Below, one piece after another: positions 8,980 through 18,396 of a stretch of DNA of 64,000 nucleotides. The notes under the pieces are model-generated. The model saw only the letters and a program-made list of their open reading frames with translations, searched no databases and had not been told where the DNA came from. Source of the stretch: an uncultured Bacteroidota bacterium (GTDB lineage: Bacteria > Bacteroidota > Ignavibacteria > Kryptoniales > JAKASW01); the NCBI GenBank assembly GCA_963806435.1, contig CAWEBD010000128.1, forward strand, positions 14,466 through 78,465. The letters are read 5' to 3'. Each line of letters starts with the position of its first letter. Position 1 is the first letter of the stretch. Made by a program: the position numbers and the translations under genes.

Positions 8980-10968
8980 TTACCTCCTAACCACAATAAC
9001 CGGCTCCCCCTCTGCCTTGCTGAGCCCGTAGAAAAATTCCTTCGCTTCTTCGAAGCGGTTTACGGGGATGACTCTGGCCTCCGAGGCAAACACGGCGTCA
9101 AAGAGCAGGACAGACGAGCCTTCCACTGAATACGACGATGAAAACTGAAAATCAGGAGTGGCCAGCTTGACTTGTCCGGGGAGACTTTTCACTACAAGGT
9201 TCGAGTCCGACAAAGTGTATGTCACCCTCTTTCGCAGGATATAGGGGTAATCGAACTCGACCGGATACTTCCGGTCACGCGTGGAAAGCCACCCAAGATT
9301 CCCCATGACTGGTAGTGGATCACCGTACAGTCTGTATCGGTCCCCCTTGCTCTGCAGTAAGTTCGGGACCTCGAAATCGAAAGACACGGTGAAGTAGTAT
9401 TGCAGCGAATCGACCGGGCTCATGGAGTAATTCGTCAGATGTGAATATTCGAAGTTGTTCCTTATCAGCGATTGACAATAGCTACGGACGTTGTCCGAAT
9501 CCGCATAGGCGAAGACATTCCGCATCACGAGGTCATCTTCCCCTTCGAACCTCATTGTCACACGGAACTTTCCCTCAGAGCCGGGTCCGACTTCTGCTCT
9601 TATGTCCATGAAGATGCCGTTGCTCCAGGTTTGCGACGAGGGGACCTTCTCAAGGACGGCTGTCCCGGAATCGCTGATCACCAGAGCCGTCGCTCCCTCG
9701 TCGTCCGGAGAGATCATCCCCAGCCTGCAGTATAATACGGCAGGGTCGAGCCAGAAGACGGTCCCGCTCGAATCCATCGCCCTCACGATCATATGGTTGA
9801 ACTGCCAGCAGGGAAATGACGGATCGACAGTTCCCTGAGACCTCGTAACAAGCAGGGCCGGTTCCGCCGTTATGCCGGCAGCTCTCAAGAGAGAAACCAT
9901 CAGGATTACCAGGTCCTTTCCGTCTCCGTACTGATCTTCCAAAACGGTTTGCGGATAATCGGGCACGAGGTTGCCGCCCCCGGCGCTGTCGGGGCCGTAT
10001 TGAACTCCCTCAATGAAGCGCACGATGCTGTTTATCTTTTCGATATCCGTGGAGTCTTTCTTTGTCAGTTCTTCCGACACCTCGTCAATGCTGTCCGTGA
10101 TCACGAGAGACGGATTGAAGATTCCGTAGAAGTACCAGCTCGATGCATCGTCCCATTTCTTCCATTCGGAAGGAGCAAAGACGGTGTATCCCTTGAACAG
10201 ACTCGCGGGCGGCATATTGGCCTCCGCGTCGAATGCCGGTATGCTGTCCAGCCTCCACGTAAAAGTGTCTTCGAAATTCAGGGCCAGGCCGGCCTGACTG
10301 AAATGACTATCAAAGGAGGGCCTGCCGATGTCGGGATGATTATAAGTTTTGAAGTTCCATTTCCAGTCCGCGGCGCCGTCAGGCAGGTCGGAGAACATAG
10401 AGGCCGGAACCGTGATAGTGTATATACTCTTCATCACGGGGATGTCGCGCTGGAATTCCCATTCACCCGAAGGGAAAGGCCGGTCGTCTTCCTCCTCGCA
10501 AACGTATTCAACGATCGAGCCTCTTCTTACTTCAGGAAATGTGAAATGGATCCTCTGTCTGTCGGCGTAGAAGACGCCGCCTTTTCCCCATTCACCCGAG
10601 CCCAGATAGAAATCCCCGGGGTTCATTTCGATTACCAGACCGTTCGGTTCGATCGTCCGCGCCTTTATTCTAAGAAGCGACACCCCCTCTTTGAGAGGAA
10701 TGTCGACGGTTGCTTCACTCTCCAGGTTCGCAAAGATCATCTTTGCGCAGCGGACCGTTCTGATAACGCGGTAATTATAGCTTCTATCTGGCACTATCTT
10801 AACGTCCGTCCTGTCCAGAATGATTACCGCGTCCGAACCCTGGTAATCGGAGTGTGCGGGATACTTGCCGATGCCGAGATCTTTCCGAAGGGAGGATACG
10901 CTCTGAAATGAAAGGCTTGAACACGAAACGAAAAGGAGCGCCGCTAAAAGGGCGCCGATCGGTCTCAT
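8980..10968 (-). CDS. DUF3857 + transglutaminase-like lipoprotein paralog, catalytic Cys replaced by Gly
   Basis: Lipobox FVSC; YGDGKD, FNHMIV, WLDPA; colinear with the downstream gene; GGAGG before ATG 10968. Confidence 0.85.
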   Translation of the reverse strand: MRPIGALLAALLFVSCSSLSFQSVSSLRKDLGIGKYPAHSDYQGSDAVIILDRTDVKIVPDRSYNYRVIRTVRCAKMIFANLESEATVDIPLKEGVSLLRIKARTIEPNGLVIEMNPGDFYLGSGEWGKGGVFYADRQRIHFTFPEVRRGSIVEYVCEEEDDRPFPSGEWEFQRDIPVMKSIYTITVPASMFSDLPDGAADWKWNFKTYNHPDIGRPSFDSHFSQAGLALNFEDTFTWRLDSIPAFDAEANMPPASLFKGYTVFAPSEWKKWDDASSWYFYGIFNPSLVITDSIDEVSEELTKKDSTDIEKINSIVRFIEGVQYGPDSAGGGNLVPDYPQTVLEDQYGDGKDLVILMVSLLRAAGITAEPALLVTRSQGTVDPSFPCWQFNHMIVRAMDSSGTVFWLDPAVLYCRLGMISPDDEGATALVISDSGTAVLEKVPSSQTWSNGIFMDIRAEVGPGSEGKFRVTMRFEGEDDLVMRNVFAYADSDNVRSYCQSLIRNNFEYSHLTNYSMSPVDSLQYYFTVSFDFEVPNLLQSKGDRYRLYGDPLPVMGNLGWLSTRDRKYPVEFDYPYILRKRVTYTLSDSNLVVKSLPGQVKLATPDFQFSSSYSVEGSSVLLFDAVFASEARVIPVNRFEEAKEFFYGLSKAEGEPVIVVRR

Positions 10969-11149
10969 GATAATTCCTCCCCTCGACCTGATGATTCGTA
11001 CCGATATCGTCAGCAAAGTTAGGAAAACCGTTTACCCAAAACAAGATTCAACAGTAATCAGACCGTCGCTGTGACTGGAGTGCCGAGAAATTCCCTAACA
11101 CCGGCACGCTCATCAGCCACCGGATTTCTTCATCCGCGTTTGTTTCGAT

Positions 11150-11398
11150 TCAGATGAACATATCGTTCATCTCGCCGACAACGGTCATCTGGGCCCGTAG
11201 TTCTGCGAGCTGGGCGGTAAGCTGCTCCTTGTGTTCGCGCTCCATCTTCGCCAACGAGAGAAAGAAATCTTTGACCCGCGTATCACAGGCGAGTTCCGCG
11301 GCGTGCAAATACTTCTCCTCGGACTCAATCTCGCTTTCGATAGCCTCCTCGAGAATCGAGATTATAGTCTGTCTGATTTCGGGTTCATGGTTAGCCAT
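11150..11398 (-). CDS. Small ferritin/rubrerythrin-like protein
   Basis: AIESEIESEEKY...FLSLAKMEREH helix pair; GGAG RBS; last gene of the oxidoreductase cluster. Confidence 0.75.
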   Translation of the reverse strand: MANHEPEIRQTIISILEEAIESEIESEEKYLHAAELACDTRVKDFFLSLAKMEREHKEQLTAQLAELRAQMTVVGEMNDMFI

Positions 11399-11407
11399 AT
11401 CTCCTCC

Positions 11408-12748
11408 TTAGCTTCCCCCTACGACATGTTCTATTATCGACAGAAGCTCTTCCGGCTTCTTCTGCATAGCCGCAATATCCTGGAACGCCAGTATCGGCAG
11501 TACAGCCGTCGTGTTCACGGCGGTCAGAATGCCGGCGAACGCGGCGCCAGCGGGCAAATACCTCCGCCTCAGCGGCTGCTTCATGATTCGCCCGGCGCAC
11601 TCGGGGATCTCCAGGCTGTCATCCGCAATGATCAGCGTTTCCCTACCGGCACTCTCGAAAGTTCCTTTCGCCTTCAGCTCCCTGACCCCGTCTTCAGACA
11701 CGACGACGACGATATCCGGCGTGTCGATACCCGTATAGCATATCTCGTCGGGTGAGAGTACAACCTCGCACAGTGAAAAGCCCGTCCCCTGTGTCACGGG
11801 GTTATCGTTTTTCTGGGTAGCTTTCGCTCCGGAAAGGACGGCAGCCTGGACGAGGAAGTAGGAAGCAAACTGAACCCGCTCCCCCGCGGTGCCTGCCACG
11901 ACGATACCGATTCTTTTCCCGAGCGAATTCTCGTATCGGGGCTCGATCTCGACGGGCCTTGTTGCCGGTCCGGCTTCGGCGGATTTCCTTTTGTAAGCCT
12001 CTCCGAATTCTCTCCTGTCGCGGCGGTTTGTCAGGATGCCGAGTTCGAAGCCAGGTTCGATCTCGGCGAGCTTGTTTCCACGGATCACGTTGCCCCTGAC
12101 CGCGTACTCGGTGCAAAGCTCGAGCACCTCGACAAGAGCGAAGCCGGGGTGGGCGATAGCTTCCGCGATTGTGTTTGCCAGGTCTGTGTCCGTTGCCGTC
12201 TTCCTCGCCAAGAAACCGGCATTGGCTCCTTTGAGAACCGCGAGCATATCTATCGGCGGAATAATGTTCCCTGTTGGAGTCGTTGCGGTGACAAAATCGA
12301 GCGGTGAGAAACTGGAGTTCTGACCCCCGGTCATGCCGAAGAGGAAATTATTGTAAAGGATTACCGTTACGTCGACGTTCATCTGAGCGGCGTTGACGAG
12401 ATGCAGAAGTCCAATCATCGCGCCGCCATCTCCAATCACGACGATATTTTTCAGCTTCGAGTCGGCAAGGATTGAATCGGCGATCTCGACTCCCGTGGCA
12501 AACGCCGTCGACCTCCCGTGCGTCGTGTGGAATGAGTGCACTCCTTCAAACAGCGTGTCGACTAACCCGACGCATCCGATGTCGCTCGTGATGTTCACGA
12601 GATGCGGTTCCAGGTCCAGCTTTACCAGCGCGGCATTTATGGCGTTGGTTATGTGATGGTGACCACAACCTTTACAGAAGGGGAATTTCTCGTTTACCTT
12701 GAGGTAAGTCTTCCTGTTCTTTGAACTCTGAGTCGCAACTTCGGCCAT
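11408..12748 (-). CDS. 2-oxoacid:ferredoxin oxidoreductase beta subunit fused to a gamma-type domain
   Basis: FCKGCGH, SDIGC, HGRS, TPP motif GDGG...NN..FGMTGGQ; C-terminal AGTAGERVQ gamma-like domain. Confidence 0.85.
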   Translation of the reverse strand: MAEVATQSSKNRKTYLKVNEKFPFCKGCGHHHITNAINAALVKLDLEPHLVNITSDIGCVGLVDTLFEGVHSFHTTHGRSTAFATGVEIADSILADSKLKNIVVIGDGGAMIGLLHLVNAAQMNVDVTVILYNNFLFGMTGGQNSSFSPLDFVTATTPTGNIIPPIDMLAVLKGANAGFLARKTATDTDLANTIAEAIAHPGFALVEVLELCTEYAVRGNVIRGNKLAEIEPGFELGILTNRRDRREFGEAYKRKSAEAGPATRPVEIEPRYENSLGKRIGIVVAGTAGERVQFASYFLVQAAVLSGAKATQKNDNPVTQGTGFSLCEVVLSPDEICYTGIDTPDIVVVVSEDGVRELKAKGTFESAGRETLIIADDSLEIPECAGRIMKQPLRRRYLPAGAAFAGILTAVNTTAVLPILAFQDIAAMQKKPEELLSIIEHVVGGS

Positions 12749-12758
12749 CGATGCCCCC

Positions 12759-13892
12759 TCAATTCCTCGATAAAACAGCGTTTTCGATTTCGGCGGGCCT
12801 GATCATTCGCCCGACCCCGTTCACACCGGCGATCTTTTTGTCCGGAAACAACCGCGCGATTTGACTGCGATAGAGACCGGTCATATTCTCCTCGACCACG
12901 ACGATCTTCTTCACTCTGCGCGCCGCCTCGATAATTTCATTCTCAGGAATCGGGAATAGCGTCTTCAAATTACAAAAGGCGACTCGTTCCCCCTTCCCGC
13001 GGAGGCTGGCTACCGCTTCTCTCGAAGTACGCGCGCTTATTCCGTAGCTCAGAACCATCGTCTCGGCTTTTTCCACCGGATCAATCTCAAGCCGTGTAAT
13101 CTCGCGCGAGCGGAAAGAGATCTTCTCCTGGAGATGTCTGAGCACCTCGATCGTCTCGGGCGAGTTCTTTTGCAGATGGCCCGCCATATCGTGGGCCGAT
13201 CCCGAGATTGTTACTTTTTCGTCACCGCCTATGGCCGCGAACGCGGGTACATCACTTCGCTCTGAAAAAGAATACGTCTTAAACGTTTCGCCGTCGGATC
13301 TCTCGAATGTCTTCCGTTCGACCGTTCCCAGTGTGGGTAGAGCGGAGTAATCTATGTTTTCGGAAGTCATCGCCACTTCCTTGTCGGTAAGGAGGACAAC
13401 GGGAGTTCTGAGACTCTCGGCTACGTTGAAGGCGTGGATTGTCAATTCGTACGCTTCGACCGGAGTCGAAGGAGAGAAGACCGGGATGGTATAACCGCCC
13501 GCGATGGAATTGCCGACGAAGAGTACGTCGCCCTGCCCGCCCTGTGTGGCACCTCCGGTACTCGGCCCGAGCCGCTGCACGAGCGCGATGACCAGCGGTG
13601 TCTCTGTCATGACCGCGTACTGGAGAGTTTCCACCATCAGCGAGAAGCCCGGCCCGGACGTTGCCGTCATCGATTTGAAACCGCGCTGTGACGCGCCGAC
13701 ACAGAACGCGAGAGCCGATATCTCATCGGGCGAGCTTATCGCCACGTCGCCGCGTTTCGGGAGCTCGTCGATCATGAACTTATAGATGCCGGACGCGGGA
13801 GTTATCGGATAGCCGGCGAAGAACCTGCATCCGGCGGCAACGGCCCCCTCGGCGATCATTTGGTTACCGTTTCTTATTCTGTAACGAGGCAT
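12759..13892 (-). CDS. 2-oxoacid:ferredoxin oxidoreductase alpha subunit (KorA-like)
   Basis: GCRFFAGYPITP, DEISA, ATSGPGFSL, QRLGPSTG, VEEN. Confidence 0.9.
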   Translation of the reverse strand: MPRYRIRNGNQMIAEGAVAAGCRFFAGYPITPASGIYKFMIDELPKRGDVAISSPDEISALAFCVGASQRGFKSMTATSGPGFSLMVETLQYAVMTETPLVIALVQRLGPSTGGATQGGQGDVLFVGNSIAGGYTIPVFSPSTPVEAYELTIHAFNVAESLRTPVVLLTDKEVAMTSENIDYSALPTLGTVERKTFERSDGETFKTYSFSERSDVPAFAAIGGDEKVTISGSAHDMAGHLQKNSPETIEVLRHLQEKISFRSREITRLEIDPVEKAETMVLSYGISARTSREAVASLRGKGERVAFCNLKTLFPIPENEIIEAARRVKKIVVVEENMTGLYRSQIARLFPDKKIAGVNGVGRMIRPAEIENAVLSRN

Positions 13893-13949
13893 GTATGCTC
13901 ACTTGTTTCCGGTTATAAGGTGTTGGTTCTCAGCACAACCCTGGAGTCT

Positions 13950-13998
13950 TTCTCGCAAAGAGCGCAAAGGGAAGTCTGTTCTCGCCAAGGACGCAAAG
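13950..13998 (+). repeat. Two CGCNAAG-NN-CGCNAAG units, left flank of GxxExxY gene
   Basis: TTCTCGCAAAGAGCGCAAAG at 13950-13969 and TTCTCGCCAAGGACGCAAAG at 13979-13998. Confidence 0.8.
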
Positions 13999-14007
13999 AA
14001 GAGTTGA

Positions 14008-14394
14008 TCACAGGTTATTCACCACTCTATGTATTCCTTCCTTTAGCTTGACCACATTGAAGTTCAACAATAGACCCAGGCGGAGATTTGTCAATTTCAG
14101 ATATGTCAGAAGCTGTGCAAAATGCACTGGGGCAAGCGTCTCGACGGATTTTATCTCCACGATAACTTTGTTTTCAACGAGCAAATCCAGTCGAAATCCG
14201 ACGTCCATCTTGACTTCCTTATACACGAGGGGAACAGAAACTTGTGTTTGCACTTCAAGTTTTGTTTCCCGCAAGTCATAGGCGAGTGCACTCTCATACA
14301 CGGACTCGAGCAGTCCTGGACCGAGCTTTTCATGTATGGCTATTGCAGCGCCTATTATTTTATGAGAAAGTTCGTTCTCGCTCATTTGCAGCAA
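14008..14394 (-). CDS. GxxExxY protein (PD-(D/E)xK nuclease-like fold)
   Basis: LGPGLLESVY, FRLDLLVENKVIVEIKS, AQLLTYLK, GLLLNF. Confidence 0.95.
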   Translation of the reverse strand: MLQMSENELSHKIIGAAIAIHEKLGPGLLESVYESALAYDLRETKLEVQTQVSVPLVYKEVKMDVGFRLDLLVENKVIVEIKSVETLAPVHFAQLLTYLKLTNLRLGLLLNFNVVKLKEGIHRVVNNL

Positions 14395-14417
14395 CAGACA
14401 TTCTCCTATAAGATCTT

Positions 14418-15401
14418 TTATCTTGGCGCTCTTTGCGTCTTCTTCTTCGCGTCCTTTGCGTGAAACGAATCCCTTTTATCCAGGAGAGACGCCTCGCTTG
14501 ACCGATGGAGTCCTTTCGGAGATGCGAGCTTGCTGCTGAGCCGCTCCCACTCTTCATCGACGTTTCGTTGTATCTTTTCGATTTGCTCATCTTTGAGGTG
14601 CCGGAACCTCCCCTGCGACTTGATATAGTCGCGAACGGGAGTTCCCTCCGGCTGCCTCGAAAGCCTATAATCCACGCCGTCGAAAATCTCCAGCAGCGGA
14701 AAAACTCTGCTCTCGATAGCCATACGCGAAATCTTAATGGAATCTTCCGGCTCAAACTTCCACCCTGGAGGACACGGCGAGAAGACGTGTATAAACCTGA
14801 ATCCGTGGATGTCCTTCGCCTTTTGAATCTTCGCAATCATGTCGTCAGGATAAGCGACGCTGGCGGTGGCCAGATAAGGAATACGGTGTGCCGCAAGGAT
14901 CTCGACGATGTTCTTCTTGTTCTCCGCCTTTGGCGACTCGGTCGGCGTGGTCGTGGTCCAGGCGCCGAAAGGTGTCGCGGAACTCCGCTGGATCCCGGTA
15001 TTCATGTAAGCTTCGTTGTCGTAGCATATATAGATGAAATCTTCGTTTCGCTCAGCCGCGCCCGACAACGACTGGAAACCGATATCGAACGTCCCGCCGT
15101 CGCCCGCGAACGCGACTACGGTGGTTTCGTGATCGCCCTGGATCTCGAGGCCCGCCTTTACGCCGCTTGCCGTCGACGCCGCCGTTTCAAACGCCGTGTG
15201 AAATACCGGCACGCCAGCCGCCGAATATGGCACGGGGCCGTCTATCACGGACCAGCAGCACGCCGGGATAACGACGACGACTTTCCGTCCGAGCGCCTTC
15301 AGCATATACCGCATCGTCAGGGTGCCGCCGCAGCCCGGACACGCGAAGTGCCCCGGCGCCAAAATTTCCTCGGGAGGCAAGTTATACTTTATCTGTCCCA
15401 T
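14418..15401 (-). CDS. porB: Pyruvate/2-ketoisovalerate oxidoreductase beta subunit
   Basis: GHFACPGCG, GDGGTFDIGFQSLSG, DNEAYMNTGIQRS, SPCPPGW. Confidence 0.9.
   Translation of the reverse strand: MGQIKYNLPPEEILAPGHFACPGCGGTLTMRYMLKALGRKVVVVIPACCWSVIDGPVPYSAAGVPVFHTAFETAASTASGVKAGLEIQGDHETTVVAFAGDGGTFDIGFQSLSGAAERNEDFIYICYDNEAYMNTGIQRSSATPFGAWTTTTPTESPKAENKKNIVEILAAHRIPYLATASVAYPDDMIAKIQKAKDIHGFRFIHVFSPCPPGWKFEPEDSIKISRMAIESRVFPLLEIFDGVDYRLSRQPEGTPVRDYIKSQGRFRHLKDEQIEKIQRNVDEEWERLSSKLASPKGLHRSSEASLLDKRDSFHAKDAKKKTQRAPR
14422..14464 (-). repeat. Two CGCNAAG-NN-CGCNAAG units, right flank, inverted relative to the left flank
   Basis: Minus strand TTCACGCAAAGGACGCGAAG (14464-14445) and ACGCAAAGAGCGCCAAG (14438-14422). 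Confidence 0.8.
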
Positions 15402-15404
15402 TAC

Positions 15405-16685
15405 TTACACTCCTTCCGATTTCTTTATTTTGCCGGGATTCTCGGGAAACGAAGGTCCGGTTTTCCCCGCGGCTTCCGATTTCAAGCCTATCCAGATAGT
15501 CTCCCGCTCGGGCTCATCGTGGTTCATTAGGTATGAAAATATTTCCTTGATCGTCTCCGGGGTGATATCACGCCCGCCGAGTCCGGCTATAAATCCAAAG
15601 AGGCTCGGTCTGACCGGCGCGTTGTAAAGAACCGCCTTGGTCTCCTGGTATATGATTCCCGTCGCGCCAAAAGAAACATTGCGGTCCATAACGCCGATCT
15701 TTCTTACCCTCTTCGCAAGATTTCGAATCTCGTCCACCGGGAAGGGCCTGAAAGCACGCACCTTCATGAGCCCAACTTTGAATCCCATGCCCCTCAGTTC
15801 ATCGACAGCTATGCGGGCCGTGCTCACGGCTGTCGCCGACGTCATCAGGACAATCTCGGCGTCTTCGGTATAATACTCCTCGACGAGGCCGCCATACGAT
15901 CGGCCGAATGTGCGGGAAAACTCCGAATCAACATCACGGATAACCTCCCGCGCATCCTCCATCGCCTGGAACAGTTTGTACCGCATCTCCATGTAAGCGT
16001 CCGGCCCGATGAGAGCTCCGAACGCCTTTGGATCGCCGGTATCCACTTTGAATGATGTTTTACGCGCCGGCAGAAATTCATCGACAAACTCCTGCTTCGG
16101 GATAGCCACCGGTTCCGATGTATGGCTCAAAACGAACGCGTCGAGGTTTATCATGACCGGGAGCGAGACGATCTCGGCGATCTTGTAGGCCTGCAGGACT
16201 GTGTCCATCACCTCCTGGTTGCTTTCCGCGTAGAACTGAAGCCAACCCGTGTCGCGCTGCGAGAGACTGTCGTTGTGATCGACGTATATCGACCACGGAG
16301 GCGCCATCGCACGGTTGACGTTCACCATGACTATCGGAAGCCTGCTCCCGGCCGACCAGTGTAGAAGCTCGTGCATCAGCGCGAGTCCCTGGGATGAGGT
16401 GGCTGTGAACGCCCTCGCCCCGGTGATCGAAGAGCCGATGCAGCATGCCATCGCCGAATGTTCCGATTCGACTCTTATAAATTTCGCCTCGAGTTCGCCA
16501 CGACTGACGATCTCCGAAAGCTTCTCGACAACGCTTGTCTGCGGAGTTATCGGGTAAGCAGCTATCACCTGCACGCGGGCAAGCTTCACCGCGTAGGAGG
16601 CCGCGTGCGTTCCTTCTATAACCATGACCTTGTCCACAGAAGGATGGAGAAGACCGCCGTTGTTATTGCCGTTCTTGCCGCTCAT
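15405..16685 (-). CDS. porA: Pyruvate/2-ketoisovalerate oxidoreductase alpha subunit
   Basis: AYPITPQT, VESEHSA, ATSSQGL, NRA, FRPFP, GLGGRD. Confidence 0.92.
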   Translation of the reverse strand: MSGKNGNNNGGLLHPSVDKVMVIEGTHAASYAVKLARVQVIAAYPITPQTSVVEKLSEIVSRGELEAKFIRVESEHSAMACCIGSSITGARAFTATSSQGLALMHELLHWSAGSRLPIVMVNVNRAMAPPWSIYVDHNDSLSQRDTGWLQFYAESNQEVMDTVLQAYKIAEIVSLPVMINLDAFVLSHTSEPVAIPKQEFVDEFLPARKTSFKVDTGDPKAFGALIGPDAYMEMRYKLFQAMEDAREVIRDVDSEFSRTFGRSYGGLVEEYYTEDAEIVLMTSATAVSTARIAVDELRGMGFKVGLMKVRAFRPFPVDEIRNLAKRVRKIGVMDRNVSFGATGIIYQETKAVLYNAPVRPSLFGFIAGLGGRDITPETIKEIFSYLMNHDEPERETIWIGLKSEAAGKTGPSFPENPGKIKKSEGV

Positions 16686-18385
16686 GCCAGTTCAGCCTCC
16701 TCTCCGCCTTCGCGCGATTCTTCAGGAACGAGTTCCATCGCCTCGCGCGGGCATTCGTTGACACATATCCCGCACCCCTTGCAGTGGTCGTAATCGATCA
16801 CGTATTCTCCGTGCGCGTCCTTACTGATCGCGACATCCGGACAAAACGTCATGCAAACATCGCAATGGAGGCATGTCCCGCAGGTGAAACACCTTTCGGC
16901 TTCGGCAAGCGCCTGGCCTTCGCTCAGGGTACGGTTGACTTCGCCGAAAGTCGCCTTGCTCTTCTCTACGGTAATGCGCGGGACCTTCACGCGTTCTTCG
17001 TGCGGGAAATAGAAAGTATTAATGTCGCCGGGACGGACCACATCATGGGACTTCCCGTTCGACTTCGAGCGCCATCCGAGGAACTCATCGATTGAGTTCG
17101 CCGCATCTTTCCCCGCGCGGATCGCGTTGACAACCGTTCCGTTGGGGTTCGTCGCGGCGTCTCCGCCCGCGAAAATACCCGGTACGCCGGTCGAGTAATC
17201 GTCGTCCACGAAAAGCCGCACCCCCTTCTTCAGGAAGGAATACGGGAGGAATGACAAATCGGGCTCTTCGCCGATGGCGGATATGATCGTGTCGGCAGCC
17301 ATTGAGAAGTTCGAGCCTTTGATGGGCACAGGCCTCCTTCTTCCGCTCGCGTCGGGCTCACCAAGTTTCATTTTAATGAGTTCGATCTTGTTGGCTTTCC
17401 CCTTGAGACCGCTAATTTTGGCCGGGGCAACGAGGAATTCAAAACGGACGCCTTCCTTCTCAGCCTCTTCAATTTCCTCCGTTACTGCCGGCATCTCCGC
17501 GCGGGTACGGCGGTAGAGTATCGTCGCCTTCTTGCCGAGCCGGACGGCGCTTCTCGCGGCATCGATGGCCGTATTCCCGCCTCCGACGACGAGGACACTC
17601 CGCCCGATTTTCGGGACATTGCCGGTACTCAGCTCACGCAGAAAATCGACTCCCGTGTAAACACCCTTCATGTCCTCGCCGGCGACATCCATCTTCCTGC
17701 TCCGCATAGCCCCCACGGCGACGAACACCGCGTCATATTTCTCAAGCTCACTCCAGGCCACGTTGCCGCCAATCCTTGAATCGACCCTGATCTCAACGCC
17801 AAAGCTTTCGATGTCGGCAATCTCTTTGTCCAGGATCTTTTTCGGGAGACGGTAGCCCGGTATCCCATATCTCAACATGCCTCCCGCCTCGTGGTCCGCC
17901 TCATATATCACCGCGCGATACCCCTTTCTGGCAAGCTGGTACGCGCAGGAAAGTCCTGCCGGGCCGGAACCTATTACGGCAATCTTCTCGCTCTTCGGCG
18001 ACTCGGACACTTGCGGGAGTTTCTTATTGCGCAGATTCTTGTCGGCCACAAAGCGTTCGATATTATGGATAGCTACCGGTTCATCATGAGCCGACCTGTT
18101 GCATTGTCCCTCGCAGGGGTGGTAACAAACCCGTCCCGTCACACCGGGCAGAGGGTTGTCTTCCAGGATCTTGTACCACGCCTCCTCGTACTTCTTCTGC
18201 CTGGCAAGTTCGAAGTAGACCGAGATCTTCTCCCCCGCGGGGCATCCCACTTCGCAGGGAGAAGTCTTGTTCTTATAAACGGGTCTCACATGCCGCCAGC
18301 TTCCCGTGTTAATATTCCTCGTCGATTCGAGGGAGAAAGCCAACGGCGGCATTTCTTCGACAGTTGTATATTTATATTTTGCCAT
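16682..18385 (-). CDS. GltD/DsrL-like FAD/NAD(P) oxidoreductase with C-terminal 2x[4Fe-4S] PorD-like domain
   Basis: SPCEVGCP, GRVCYHPCE, IGSGPAG, VGGGNTA, AGGD; C-terminal CFTCGTCLHCDVCMTFCP and IDYDHCKGCGICVNECP. Confidence 0.88.
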   Translation of the reverse strand: MAKYKYTTVEEMPPLAFSLESTRNINTGSWRHVRPVYKNKTSPCEVGCPAGEKISVYFELARQKKYEEAWYKILEDNPLPGVTGRVCYHPCEGQCNRSAHDEPVAIHNIERFVADKNLRNKKLPQVSESPKSEKIAVIGSGPAGLSCAYQLARKGYRAVIYEADHEAGGMLRYGIPGYRLPKKILDKEIADIESFGVEIRVDSRIGGNVAWSELEKYDAVFVAVGAMRSRKMDVAGEDMKGVYTGVDFLRELSTGNVPKIGRSVLVVGGGNTAIDAARSAVRLGKKATILYRRTRAEMPAVTEEIEEAEKEGVRFEFLVAPAKISGLKGKANKIELIKMKLGEPDASGRRRPVPIKGSNFSMAADTIISAIGEEPDLSFLPYSFLKKGVRLFVDDDYSTGVPGIFAGGDAATNPNGTVVNAIRAGKDAANSIDEFLGWRSKSNGKSHDVVRPGDINTFYFPHEERVKVPRITVEKSKATFGEVNRTLSEGQALAEAERCFTCGTCLHCDVCMTFCPDVAISKDAHGEYVIDYDHCKGCGICVNECPREAMELVPEESREGGEEAELA

Positions 18386-18396
18386 CTCAGCCGCCC

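Noticed and set aside
9949-10911. Long antisense ORFs (also 14505-15530, 30360-31409, 44419-45183, 59541-60338)
   Set aside because: They lie opposite well-supported genes, have no recognisable motifs and are expected in GC-rich coding DNA
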